Source of the DNA: Octopus sinensis
Lineage: Eukaryota
DNA: 64,000 bases
Assembly: GCF_006345805.1 (NCBI RefSeq)
Contig: NC_043002.1
Span: 116,002,001-116,066,000 of the forward strand
Direction of reading: 5' to 3'
A model generated the notes under the pieces. The model saw nothing but the letters and a program-made list of their open reading frames with translations. It did not search any database and had not been told where the DNA came from. This document shows, in pieces, positions 13,463 to 26,060 of this stretch. Both the position numbers and the translations under genes were made by a program. Each line of letters opens with the position of its first letter. Position 1 is the first letter of the stretch.

Positions 13463-13466
<4 letters not shown>
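13032..13466. repeat. Perfect fold-back inverted repeat (211-bp arms, 13-bp spacer) between (TA)n runs
   Basis: 13032-13242 is the reverse complement of 13256-13466; no mismatch seen by eye. Confidence 0.95.
13303..13342 (+). ncRNA. Variant hammerhead-like motif (mirror copy 13156-13195 on minus)
   Basis: CCA CTGATG CG GTCACA ggag TGTGAC GAAA G AA C TT TGG. All three stems form, but the core A9 position is C. Confidence 0.45.
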
Positions 13467-13500
<34 letters not shown>

Positions 13501-13517
13501 GTATGTGTGTATGTATG

Positions 13518-13569
<52 letters not shown>

Positions 13570-14143
13570 TATATATATAAGCCATAAATGACAGGGAAAT
13601 ATTTTGATGAAATTTTATTTAACAACATGAAAATTTAAATATCACAACAAGTTGTTTCGTAACTTAAAAATATGTAAATAATTTATATTATTATGTTTAA
13701 TAATAAATTATGTACATGTCTGGATTAAGGCAAAATATCTTTTCAAATAATGCAGAATTTAAGCTTACATACTACCATATTTCTTGAATCTGTATCTTGT
13801 GATTTTATATATATGTATATACATACACACACACACATATGTACACCGCTAATTTTCCAGTGTCCTAGAATCCAAAGCCTTGAAGAATTAACCATTTTGC
13901 CAGATTGTCCATGGTCACTTCAGTATTTTGTCCCTTTGCTTCTTAATATCATAAACAGTACATGAACCAGTGTAGATATGAAAAAAATTTATAACAAATG
14001 ATAAATTTAGATTCGTCTGTTATAGTTCATACGAGCCCTCAATCTGCGTCCAGTTTTTACAACTTTTACAATTTTTATGCTGGATGAATTATGGATTTGT
14101 GTTATATATATATTATATATATATATATATATATACATACATA

Positions 14144-15257
14144 TTGAGTTGTCCAGAAAGTTCGTGCCGATTTATAGTAGCTTAGCTTTCGACTTATTTT
14201 AGAACATGGTTGAGTCCATAAAATAGAATTTGACTACACCTTCATTTAGAGCACAGTTTAAGCTATCTTTTCATGGAAGAAGGCTTATGTTCCTATAACC
14301 TGTGTTAATTCTGTAACCCTTGAAAATGGAAGATAAGAAAGTTCATTTTTGGCACTTGATGCTTTTCTTTTCCCATAAAGGGAAAAATGCCTTACAAGCA
14401 ACCAAAGAAATATATGCAGTTTACAGTGATGTTTCTTCATCCGAAAGAACTGTATGGAAGTGGTTCGCAAGGTTCTGAGCTGGAGATTGCAGCCTTATTG
14501 ATAAAGAGCGATTAGGCAGACCATCCACTACAGATGACCAAATTAAGTTATTAATTGAGAATAACCCACATTGTACAACCCGAGAATTGGCAGAAAACCT
14601 CAACCTATCAAAATCCGTCGTTCATGAGCACCTGGTAAAGCTTGGGTACACAAATCACTACGATGTTTCGGTACCACATGAGTTGAGTGAAAAGAACCTT
14701 CCATCTGTGATTCGCTTTATAAACGGAATGAAAGCGTGCCTTTTTTAAAGCAAATTGTGACAGGTGATGAGAAATGGATTATCTACCAAAATGTCCAGAG
14801 AAAGCGATCCTGGAGTAAGCGATATGAGCCACCCTTAGCCACCCCAAAAGCGGATCTTTACCCTAAAAAAAGTCTTACTTTGTATCTGGTGGGATTGGAA
14901 AGGAATTCTGTACTATGAGCTTCTCCTAAGTAACCAGACAATTAATTCTAAGGAATACTGTGCACAACTGGATGAGTTAAAAGTAGCAATTCAAGAGAAA
15001 CGTCCAGAATTGGCCAACAGGAAGGGTTTTGTTTTCCAACATGATAATGCAAGACCACACGTTTCTTTGGGAACCAGACAAAAATTGCTGCAGCTTGGCT
15101 GGAATGTGTTACCCCACTCTCAAAATTCACCAGATATTGCTCCTTCGGATTTCCATTTATTCAGGTCTCTGCAGCCTAGCCTTAATGGTAAAAATTTCAA
15201 TTCCTTGGATGATGTAAAAAGATACCTTGATGAATTCTTTGCCATGGAATCACCTCA
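14144..15257 (+). mobile_element. Mariner transposon, decayed and 3'-truncated
   Basis: Left TIR TTGAGTTGTCCAGAAAG after TA. ATG at 14326 (MEDKKVHFWHLMLF). IVTGDEKWIIY, FQHDNARPH and SPDIAPSDFHLF motifs. Confidence 0.9.
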
Positions 15258-15679
15258 ATTTGTTAATTTTTTTGACTTCTCTCTCTCTCTCTCTCTCTCT
15301 CTCTACTGATCCCCTTGCCCACTCTCTCACCACTTCTGCCTTCTTCAGACCTACTGACTCTCACCCTTCCCATACCAAATGGGTCATTCCCTACTACCAG
15401 TTCCCTTGTTTCCAATGTTAGTTGTGGGCAGGATTTTAAGACTCAGTCTCAAAACTTGGCCCATGTGTTCATTTGTTTCAGATATCCCTCTATCCTTGTA
15501 CAGGCCTTCCTTCAATCAACATCCCTTCTCCATACCCATCTATCAACCACATCCCCTTTCCTTTCCTTTTCCACCCTTTCACCCTACTCCTTCGTTGGAC
15601 AGTCCAGTGGGCCTTCTGTCATCTTCACTCCAATCCAATCCTACCATCCACCCTGTTTTCCCCAATTCACTTCTCCCCT

Positions 15680-16000
15680 CCTTCAAATGCACCTGTAACC
15701 TATGCTATGTAGTGGTCCATAGCTCCCTCCCCTCCTCCATTCCCACTCCCCCAGGATCCTTCCCTTGCTTCAGTTCTCATTGCCACACCTGTCCATTCAT
15801 CACCAACACCACCTCTCTCACTGGAACCAACCAACACATTATTCACATCTAGGACTCTTGTATCTCTTCTAATATCATCCGGTGCCTCAAATGTACTCTT
15901 TGCAACTCTTTCCATGTTGGTGAGTCTGGCTGTTGCCTAGCCAACAGATATACAGAACATCTATGAGATATCTGTCTCTCCACAGAAAATTATCCCCATC
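15680..16000 (+). pseudogene. Penelope-like element GIY-YIG endonuclease relic
   Basis: One frame from ~15690: NLCYVVVHSSL..PPGSFPC..CHTCPFI...C.SSNII.C.KC..C...HVGESG..LANRYTEHL, with two stops. Matches the PLE CCHH/GIY-YIG pattern. Confidence 0.75.
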
Positions 16001-16803
16001 ACCTGTCTTTGGCCTGGCCTTGCAACATGGACTTCACTGCCACTAGACTTCACCAAGAACACTGCTGCATTTTAACACTGCAAACTCATAAAGTTGTTTG
16101 GACTTATCAGCCTCACCTACTTGTAATAGCTTCCACCTTCATTTCCCCTATTTTATTTTTTTACTTTTCTATTTTTCAAATCTTTTAATTATAATTTTTT
16201 CAAATATTTAATTTGATTTTTTAACTTTTAATTTTTAAAATTAATTTTTTAAGTTAATTAAAAACACCCCCTCCTCTTTTTTCATCTAAAACTTTCTCTG
16301 AGCATCAGTCTAATACATTCACTGTGTACTTCATTTTCACTTTTGCTGTTTTTCCTCTTCTATTTTTGACTTGCCTTTATATATATAAGTGTTTTCTTCT
16401 ATATTCCTTGGGCTGACCAAAGCCTTGTGAGTGGATTTGGTAGACAGAAACTGGAAGAAACCTGTTGTATATATATAATTAATTAAATATATATAAATAA
16501 TTAAATAATTAATTCAAAATTTTTAAATTATCGAATTTATTTTATACATTATATTTATATTTTTATATTTATTTATTTATATATATTTTTAATACAATAA
16601 TTTCTTTCATACGGCTATATTGTTATGATGAGTTTGGATATTGACTTTCTTTATTAATAATAATAATATATTATTAAAAAATATATGTATATATCACTCG
16701 TATTAAATATATAAATACTTTAATAGTATTAATATTTCTCTACAACGGAGCACTCAATATAAATTCAGTATAAAATATTCTTATTGAATATATTTACCTA
16801 AAG

Positions 16804-16872
<69 letters not shown>

Positions 16873-16915
16873 TGTATATATTTGTGTGTGTCTGTATTTG
16901 TTCCCCCATCGTTTG

Positions 16916-19574
16916 CAAAGGTGGGCACTATTAATTGAAAAGTTAACTTCAAGAATCATTAATCAGTTAATTGTTTAAAAATGTAATGGAAATTATTGAT
17001 AAACTGTTAATGTTAATTTTTATTATAGAAAAAAAAATCAGTTTTTGCTCTAAAACCCACCAAAAAACACATTTGAATAGTTCCAAAACTATAAAATCAA
17101 GCTTTTTTAAGGGCTTTAGAACCCCAAACTATAGTTTTTGTGCTTTAGGGTTAAAAAATGCTTATTTTATAGTTTTAACTTTTAAAAGACATAAAAAAAG
17201 GCTGATTTCATAGTTTTGGCCTTTTTTAAAAGGTTTTTAAAAGCTTTCAGAGCCAGAAAAACGAAAAAAAAAAAAAAAAACTCAAATGAAACATAATATT
17301 AGTATTAAACTAAAAAAAGTTTATTGATAAAGGGGCCTTCAAAAAATAAAAATGAAAAAATGAAAAACATGATACATACATAATTTAGTTTTTCCTCTTC
17401 TTCTCATTCTCCATTTTGTTCATGAGATGCATGTTGCCCTTCATGAAAATTAGCACGTCAAAGTTTTCATCAGGCATGAATGAGCTTTTGGCCCTTAAGA
17501 TGTCCTTGCCCATAGAGAACAAACACTCCACTGCAGCACTGTGTTGAACTTGATGAATAAGTCCATCAACACTTGCTCACCCAAGAAGGCAGCATCTGTC
17601 AGCAATTCCTTGGAGCTGGTCTCCAACCAGGTCTTGACTAAATTCTGGGCTTTGTCCTTGAGTGACCTGTGGATCCTGCTACTCTCTTTTGGCTGGGTGA
17701 CACTACTGAGGAAGTCATCCACCTGCTTTTCATTGCTACTGCCTCCACTGTTGTTGCTCACTTTGTCAGGCTGCTGCCTCATGACCTCTTTGACCTTACC
17801 TTCCATGCTTTTCTTCACTTTGGCGACTTTGGTGTTGTCATACTTAGCCAACCAGATGAGGCGAAACCTGGGGTGGAAGGCAGCAGCCAGCTGGCAGTCC
17901 TCATCCTCCAGGAGGGTCCTAAAACTTTTGTCACTGCCTGCCAAAAGTGCGTCAACCAAGGGGCTGTAGTAGATGAGGCCCTTGGACTTCAAGCCCTTGA
18001 GTCTAAAGATTGTTGTAACAACTGTTGGCAGTAGAGTCCCAAGGTAGGCTTGTTCCTTCCCCTGGATCTTGTTGAGCACTTTGGTCACAGGTGGTATGAC
18101 TTGGAAATAAAATAATGGAAAATTAGAAAATTTTAAAAGATTGAAATTTGTAGGGAAACAGACTAGTAAAAAAGATATTGTCAGATCAAATATCAATATT
18201 AATTTTACAATTTAGTATTTATAATATTATTTTAGTATCATATCAATAGTTAAGAGATAATATAATATATGTTTTGAATGATTTATAATATAATATGTGT
18301 CTAGAAGCTGAAGTTCTTCAAGGTATTTTGAATATTCCCTGATCAAGTACTGCTTCAAGTCAGTATGCAAATTAACAGTTTGCCTGCCCAGTGTCCTCCT
18401 CGACATGGAGCTCTTGCTGGGGTTCAGCATCTTGATTAGCCTCTCAAACATGTTGGCCATGAACAGGTCCACAATCCTTTGATCCACAACAGCCTGGAGT
18501 ATGCCACTGCAAGTAGCAGCAGTGCCAAAGGACTTGTTAATGGTTTGCTGGTGTGCTTTCTTGCCAGAGGGAGGTGAAAACAGACTTGATAATTCCTGCC
18601 TTGACGTTCTCCTCAAATAGTGTGAACTTGGCTTGGTGGGCCCTCTTGAAGTGCTTGCTTGAGGTTGTTGAAGCTTGTCATGTACCCCTTGATGGGCAGG
18701 TACAGCTTGCAGTTGAAAATCAACTTGTCTCCTTCCCTTGACTTGATCAAGAAGTAGTCGTCCAGGGGTAGCCAGGGCTTCTGAGACTGTTCCTGCTGAG
18801 GTCCAGTGGCACTGGCAGTTTCAGCCTTGACAATGTCAACAGATTCAAATTTTTGAGATTCTATCAACTAAAATCTTAAACAACATAAATATTTGAAACT
18901 ATCATAAAACGTGGCTAATTAACAAATTGATCTTACAATATCAAATACTAGAATACGAAAGGAATGTATGCAAATGTTTAATATGTTATAGTAATGAAAC
19001 TGGACTTATTTCTTTTCTTTCAATTAACACTAATAATGGTATCGCTATAATAACAGATACTCACATTGTAACTGTAACAGCTCTTCAGAGTGAAGTGAAT
19101 CCTCTTTCTGCTGACACTTCTTCTTTTTATATATAGCACTTTGTTGTGTGTTATGGTGCAATATCTTATTAGTTTATTAAAGAAACTTTATATGGTCTAT
19201 TAATAGAAAATAATTGCTTAAATATTGAATACATAAAATATTATTTTGAACTCACAATTCAAAGTTTAATTGAAAAGTTATTTATAATAATAAGTGGCAT
19301 TACATCGGGTTTGAAAGAATGATGCAGACAATATTAAATATGCTAAGGCTCTACATCGGTGTTGAAAATCTGAAAATAATGGAAACTTTGAAATGTTTAC
19401 TGGTTTTTATGAAATTTTTGGGTTAGTGGACTTGAGTTAACGGAAGTTAAATGTAATGGAAGTTAATTAGTCTGATAATGATTTCTAAAGTTAACTTAAA
19501 AGTTAAATCGTTAACGAAAATGTTAACTTTGTTAATTAATGATTAATGGATTAACAGTTTGGTGCCCAGGTTTG
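16916..19574 (-). mobile_element. hAT transposon with internal deletion, nested in a family B SINE
   Basis: 8-bp TSD ATCGTTTG at 16908-16915 and 19575-19582. TIR CAAAGGTGGGCAC vs CAAACCTGGGCAC. GTTAA-rich subterminal repeats. The SINE resumes at 19583. Confidence 0.9.
17430..18870 (-). pseudogene. hAT transposase relic (BED-like N-terminus, DNA-binding region, C-terminal dimerisation domain)
   Basis: PW..LDDYF...CKL..P...TS..NLK (18630-18790); YLGTLLPT, LAAAFHPRFRL.W; (S)AAVECLFSMGKDIL..DENFDVLIFMKGN near 17430-17545. Confidence 0.85.
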
Positions 19575-19740
19575 ATCGTTTGACAAGTGATGCTGGTGTG
19601 TTTATGTCCCTATAACTTAGTAGTTCTGCAAAAGAGACCGATAGAATAAGTACTAGGCTTACAAAGAATAAGTCCTGGGGTCAATTTCTTTGACTAACAC
19701 CTTTTAAGGCAGTGCTCCAGCATGACTGAAACAAGTAAAA

Positions 19741-19802
<62 letters not shown>

Positions 19803-19827
19803 GTATGTATGTATATGTATATGTATA

Positions 19828-20743
19828 TGGGGTGCTGGATATCTATTGTTCAACAATGAAATTCTGTTGTTTAATGAACTGAATAATCTGCTCCTGAATC
19901 AACGTGTAAGGGCTTGAGCATTTCCTCAGACTTGTGTACTTTTATGATTTCTTCCAGGCAGAATCAGCATGATACAATGTGTGTGTGACAAGACCAAATT
20001 TCTTGAATTACACTCATATTTCTCCTTCAGATCTACTGACATCATCAATGTGACAGATTCCTGTCTGACATAAAAATAAAATGGCATGCTGTAGTCATGG
20101 CTTTAGCTACCAGCCACAATGAATCAGAAATCTCTTCTTTAACCCTTTTGAGATACAAAGTGTTTTGGTATGTGTAGGCCAAAAAGACCAAAATTTTTTA
20201 CTATTGAAATACATCTAGAAGATGGTACTTAATTAGCTATCAAACTTCAAAACCAACCATTCATGACATTTGTTCCATAAGGTCGAAGGTCTGGCCTCAA
20301 ACTCCTTTCAGCTTGTATACCTTGGGCTGTTGAATTGGCCTGGGGGTTAATATAATCAGTTCTTTCATGTCCAGGGACAGAAATAGCTGGAAACCTATGG
20401 TAGGAATATGTCATCTGTGGCTAACAGGAAGATACATTCTCAATGGTCAAACTTCATTAGGACGGGTGAATTCATCCCACAGGTCCTGGACTTCATCTAC
20501 AACAATCTCAATGTATCACCGAGAGCTGTTGCTAGGACGGTCCCTTGGGTTGCTGGTACCCTGAAGAAATTTGGCCTTGTCACGCACACATTGTATCATG
20601 CTGATTCTGCCAGAAAAAAAAAATCATAACAGTACATAAGTCTGAGTAAATGCTCAAACCCTTATGTGTTAATTCAGAAGCAGATTATTCAGTTCATTAA
20701 ACAACAGAATCTCATTGTTGAACAATAGATATCCACCACCCCA
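19828..20743. mobile_element. Non-autonomous TIR element with ~180-bp imperfect TIRs and TA flanks
   Basis: 19828-~20005 is the reverse complement of ~20565-20743 (GG.GTG.TGGATATCTATTGTTCAACAATGA...). TA at 19826-27 and 20744-45. Confidence 0.7.
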
Positions 20744-20896
20744 TATACATACTACATATGGTACCATACATACATAAATATACATATACATACATACATA
20801 TATCAGCAGAATTTCAACATTCATACAAGTATATTTTTATCTATCCATCCATTTTTGTTTCCCACAATTCCTAGGAACGGTAAAGTTACCTTCTCA

Positions 20897-21140
20897 AGCC
20901 ATGCTGACTCACAAGGGCTGGCTTCCCGGTTTTCATGGCATATATATATATTCCCCATCTGGTCAGCATGCTAGTCTGTTGCAGAATTACTCAATTTTGT
21001 CAGCGAAGTGGACTTGAGCAATGTGAAATGAAGTGTTTTACTCGAGAACACAACACGTTGCCTGGTCCAGGAATCGAAACCACAATCTTACATTCATGAG
21101 TCCAACACTGTAATCACCAAGCCATGTACCTTCACAATTC
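20897..21140 (-). mobile_element. tRNA-derived SINE (family C)
   Basis: Reverse complement has TGGCTTGGTG..GGTTTCGATTCCTGG head; homologous to 28283-28527. Confidence 0.7.
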
Positions 21141-21714
21141 CTAGGAAGGTTGTGGGGGTAGAGTCCCTTGGCATCTCCTCTGAAGGAACCTATCAGAAGC
21201 AACTATCATTAAACTTTCTATGACCAACTGAGACAACGGATGTTATCCAACCGTCTCACTCATGGTCTACCCCTAGCTCTCCTGCTAGTTGGCTTAACTT
21301 GAAGAATCTGTCTTGTGATTTTTTTCCTGCAACATTGTAATCACATGTCTGGAACTGTGATGTCTCAATGTGGAGAAGTAGCGACAAAACCTGGAGAGAT
21401 TTCCTGATCTCTTGTTGAGTAATGTTACTTCAGAGACCCTTCTTATTTCAGAGACCCTTCTTATTTTAGAGACCCTTTCAGCACTGTATTTACATTAAAG
21501 TTAAGACAGAGATGGATATTTCAATTTAATACTATTTCTATTGTATATAATGGATTTTCATTCAACCGAGTGGCTATTTACAATATCAAGGAATATTTAT
21601 TCACTGTTTCCTGTATATCAGAGGTGACCAGTTTCATCTAAGAAGGTGGCTGGCTGTAAGTGCATGCCGTTGATATCTTTTATTTTTTGTCTTTTACTTG
21701 TTTCTGTCATTAGG

Positions 21715-22060
21715 CTGCGACCATGCTGGGGCACCATCTTGAAGAATTTTTAGTCGAATGAATCAACCCCAGCACTTTGTTGTTTTTTTAAGCCTGGTAC
21801 TTATGCTTTTGGTGAACCACTAAGTTACAGGGGACATAAACACACCAGCACTGGTTGTCAAGCAGTGATGGGGGACAAACACAAAGATACACACATACAT
21901 ATATACAGTAGGCTTCTTTCAGTTTCTATCTATCAAATCCACTCACAAGGCTTTGGCTGGCCCAAGTATATAGTAGAAGACATTTGCCCAAAGTCCCACT
22001 CAGTGGGACTGAACCCGGAACCAGGTGGTTGGGGAGCGAGCTTCTTACCACACAGCCATG
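21715..22060 (-). mobile_element. SINE family B
   Basis: Reverse complement of the 25597-26060 family, with central microsatellite and CCAGCATGG tail. Confidence 0.75.
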
Positions 22061-22794
22061 CCTACACCTATATTCATATTTTACAAATCTTTACAAAGAG
22101 GAAAACCTGCAACTTTAAGAATAGTGTTTATTACAATATACTGAACATGAGGATAAAGCATTAATTTTATTTATTACCTTTTTTTCCCCCTTTTATTTTG
22201 AAGATCCCAAATACAAGACATGACATTTGCAAGTACATGGCACCCAGAGTGACTGCCTGAATTGTTGGACCTTTAACCAGCCCAGGTTGTCACTGAGTGG
22301 CCCAATGTAGCAAAGTCTAATAACAGATTTCTAGTGTATGAGGACATCAGGTGCTAGTCCTGCCTGATGAGAAGTGGAAAATTTGAGTCTGTCAAGACGT
22401 GGAAGAAATGTGTCAGCATGTGACTCCCATATTATGTGATTTCCTAACTCCCCTGAAATCCTTGGAAGTTATGTCTGGTGTATTGTCACGAGTGGGAGTG
22501 GTTGGCTAGTTGCTCCACACTGCTAAACACTGATTAGGAGTTCCCATCATGCATGTGGTAGGTGGCATGGATGTAATCCACTTGTTTCTAGTAAGGAGTC
22601 ACTTCTGTGGCTATAATGGGACTGTCAGTGAGGCTGAGGGCAGTTTTGTTGAATGATCTGTTGCTTTGCTGTATCTGGTTGAACATATGTACTCCTTTTT
22701 CTGGGAGTATGTTTTTTTTTGTTAAGTTTAAAATTGTTAGATGCATTTAGTTATTGAATATTTTTGACAGCTTTAAATTGAGAAGAAAGATTTC

Positions 22795-23360
22795 GGATAC
22801 TTGTTGCAGCACATTGAAATCAGGTGGTTTCTAAGGGAAAACTGTCTGAGATACTTTTATTCACTTTTCACAATTGAAAGAAGGATTTTAATGCTCTCCT
22901 CAGGTAAACCACAAGAAATATACCTGGCATGATATTTCTCATTTGTAGAATTATTTTAAAGTTCAATGAAATCAAATTTCAAGGGAAGGTATGGATTTCC
23001 TCAAAGTCAGGTCATTTGTCTGTATTTGTTTCACTTATCATTTCCTCATAACTTCTGTATCATGTTTTTTCCTATCTTTCTTTACTAGAACTGCAATTCC
23101 CTGGAACTGCCAGAGGATCCTCTTCAAGTGTGTTTTGCATACATGGGGAAAATTATGTGACAAGTCTTAGGACTTAATATGGTGCCAGTTTCATACTGGG
23201 TAATAAATATATTTCTTGCAATTTGTATTGAGGATATTGGAACAATAGAAGAATTGATATGATAAAATGATATTGAGTTAAATCTTAAGATCAAAATATA
23301 TCAAGAGTTTTCTTTGCAGAAACAAACAGTGAAATATCAGAAACACATGAGAGATATGAT
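22795..23360 (+). pseudogene. Old hAT (Charlie/Buster-type) transposase relic
   Basis: LLQHIEIRWFLRENCLRYFYSLF (22801-) resembles LLLHTEVRWLSRG. YWVINIF...EELI**NDIEL..KIYQEFSLQ (23185-23330) resembles the Buster C-terminus. Confidence 0.6.
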
Positions 23361-24954
23361 ATTCTTGAATAACTTCTTATCTGAATACCCGTGTACTAAA
23401 TACGTCTGTCTCATTAAAATTTGAGAAAATAAAGGTTTATATAACTTATTACTGTTAATAAGAAAAAATAACCATTTAGTTACCTTTGAATTTTACTAGT
23501 TTTCTTACATCATGTACTGCAAATTACTAATATTGTTTTAAATGGGCCTAATTCAGAGTAAGGGAAGGAGAACAAGAGCTATTTTTTGGGAGCCAAGTGG
23601 TTTTTACTCAAAGATATTTTGAAATATGACACTTGGAGTCCTTGAATAAATCATTTCATTTCACATTGTTTTATTTTACTTGGCTAAAAATGAGTAGCAG
23701 ATGTATTGGCAGAGAGTGGGATGATGGTTAGCCTGTGGAAGACTGGCTAACCAAGGAAGAGTCTTGTCTTTTTGTTTACTTAACACTTTTTACTGTGGAA
23801 ATCAGATATATCCACTCAAAATTTCACTAGCTTTAACTGCAGAAAGTTTTATTTTAAAATCTATCTTTTGTTGAAGAATGTCATGTTTGAATCTATTATT
23901 ATTATTATTTTTTTTGAGGTAACATGACTTGCAGAAAATACCAATTCTGTTTTGTGTTAGATATTTAACATCACTACTGGAATAACTATGAAATTTAATT
24001 TTGCAGTTACAGGATTAAACACTACAGAAACCAGAATAAGCTCTGTAGAACTGCTTCAGAATGTGTTCTATTCAACTCAAGAATGGTTATGTAGATCTAA
24101 TGACAATGAAATTTTAATTTAGCTATAGACTTCATGATTCAAAAACGATATTTAAGAAGAGTGTCTCTATCCACAAATTCACATTGTAATACTTTTTTCA
24201 AATATTAACAGAACGTTCTGAACTGTTTTTTACGTTCAATGTCAAAACCTTATTTATCAACAAACATATTTATATAATGAAACACACCCCAAATATAGGA
24301 ATACTTTTGTAATATATCATTTTCCTCCTTTTCACATTATGCAATGTTACCATGACAGCAGCAGCAATAGCAGCAGTAGCAACAGCAGAAGCAGCAGCAC
24401 AGACAGCAGCAGTAGCAGAAGCAGCAATTGCAGATGCACCATCACCCCCACCACAACCACCACCACCACCACCACTACCAGTTTCATTGCTGCTTTATCA
24501 TAGCTACAAAGTATATTCTCATCAGTATAAACAGCTGCAACTAATCATCCATGAGCTGCGTTATTAATATTACTAAAGGTAGTTGGATTGGAAGAATTAT
24601 TAGAACATTGGACAAAACACTCCACACTGTTTTGATACTGCCTTTTACAAATACAACCAAGGTTATCTTTGCCTTTCATCCATTGGGGTCGATAAAACAT
24701 CAGTCAAGTCCTGGGGTTGATTTAATTGACTATATTCTCCTTTAAAATAAATGGCCTTGTGCTAATGTTAAAATTTAAAATATTATTCAGCTGCTAGACT
24801 GACAAGTAAAACAACTGACAATCATGGCCAAGATATAACCAGCAGTTTTCATTTTTGTAGTTTTCTGTCTAAATGAAAGAAATTATTTTTCTTGGTGGTT
24901 TTTTTTATCTAAGAAGATTTTGCACTAAAATCTGAACATCTTTATGGACATTGA

Positions 24955-25320
24955 TGATGAACAACATCATCATCATCATCAAAACTATCATCACCACTAC
25001 CATGATGATCATGATGACAACCACCACAACCACCACCATGACCACCACTGCCATCATGATGACCACGACCAGCACCATGACTACCACCACAACCACCACC
25101 ATGACCACCACTGCCATCATGATGACCACGACCAGCACCATGACTACCACCACAACAATCACCACAACCACTGTCATGATGACTACCACCATGACCACCA
25201 ATACAACCGCTCCACCACAACCAGTACCATCCACAGAATGACAATGACAATGGTAACGACAACGCTGAACCCCCACCTCACAACAACAACAACATTAACA
25301 ACAAAACAACCATAACAACA
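24955..25320. repeat. Cryptic trinucleotide (CAC/CAT/GAC/AAC) repeat with a 63-bp internal duplication
   Basis: Unit CCACCACAACCACCACCATGACC... starts at 25021 and again at 25084. Confidence 0.85.
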
Positions 25321-25596
25321 GAAGTAAACTTTTAAATATGCCAGTGTTTTGTTTTTTTGGTCAACATTATCTTTCTTTCTAACAACCAAAATTCTTCAGC
25401 ATCTTGAAAAGACTCTTAATGCAAATGCAGTGCTTTGAAACTTGAACTCTTTTATGGTATTACCAATGTGCTTGTTTTACATGTTAGAGGGAAAATTCAT
25501 TCATATATATTCCAAAGGTTAAACAAAAAGAACACAATGAAGGGAAAACTAGACGAAAACTGGTCAAAAACATAATGGACAGCAAAAAAAAAAATA

Positions 25597-25761
25597 GGCG
25601 CAGGAGTGGCTGTGTGGTAAGTAGCTTGCTTACGAACCACATGGTTCCGGGTTCAGTCCCACTGCGTGGCACCTTGGGCAAGTGTCTTCTATTATAGCTT
25701 CAGGCCGACCAAAGCCTTGTGAGTGGATTTGGTAGACAGAAACTGAAAGAAGCCTGTCGTA

Positions 25762-25842
<81 letters not shown>

Positions 25843-26060
25843 ATATGTTTGTGTGTCTGTGTTTGTCTCCCAAACATAGCTTGACAAACATAGCTGGTGT
25901 GTTTACATTCCCATAAGTTAGTGGTTCGGCAAAAGAGTCCGATAGAATAAGTACTAGGCTTACAAAGAATAAGTCCTGAGGTCAATTTGCTCGACTAAAG
26001 GCGGTGCTCCAGCATGGCCATAGTCACATGACTGAAAGAAGTAAAAATATTAAAAGAGTA
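25597..26060 (+). mobile_element. SINE family B, full length (tRNA head, central microsatellite, LINE-like tail)
   Basis: GGCGCAGGAGTGGCTGTGTGG, GGGTTCAGTCCC, central (TA)n, tail GGCGGTGCTCCAGCATGGCC..TGACTGAAA. Confidence 0.85.

Noticed and set aside
22364-22390. CTGATGA...GAAA hammerhead-like spacing
   Set aside because: No stem II or stem I pairing.
24905-25315. His-, Thr- or Val-rich ORFs suggesting a metal-binding or mucin-like protein
   Set aside because: Cryptic trinucleotide repeat open in most frames, with no splice or other coding context.
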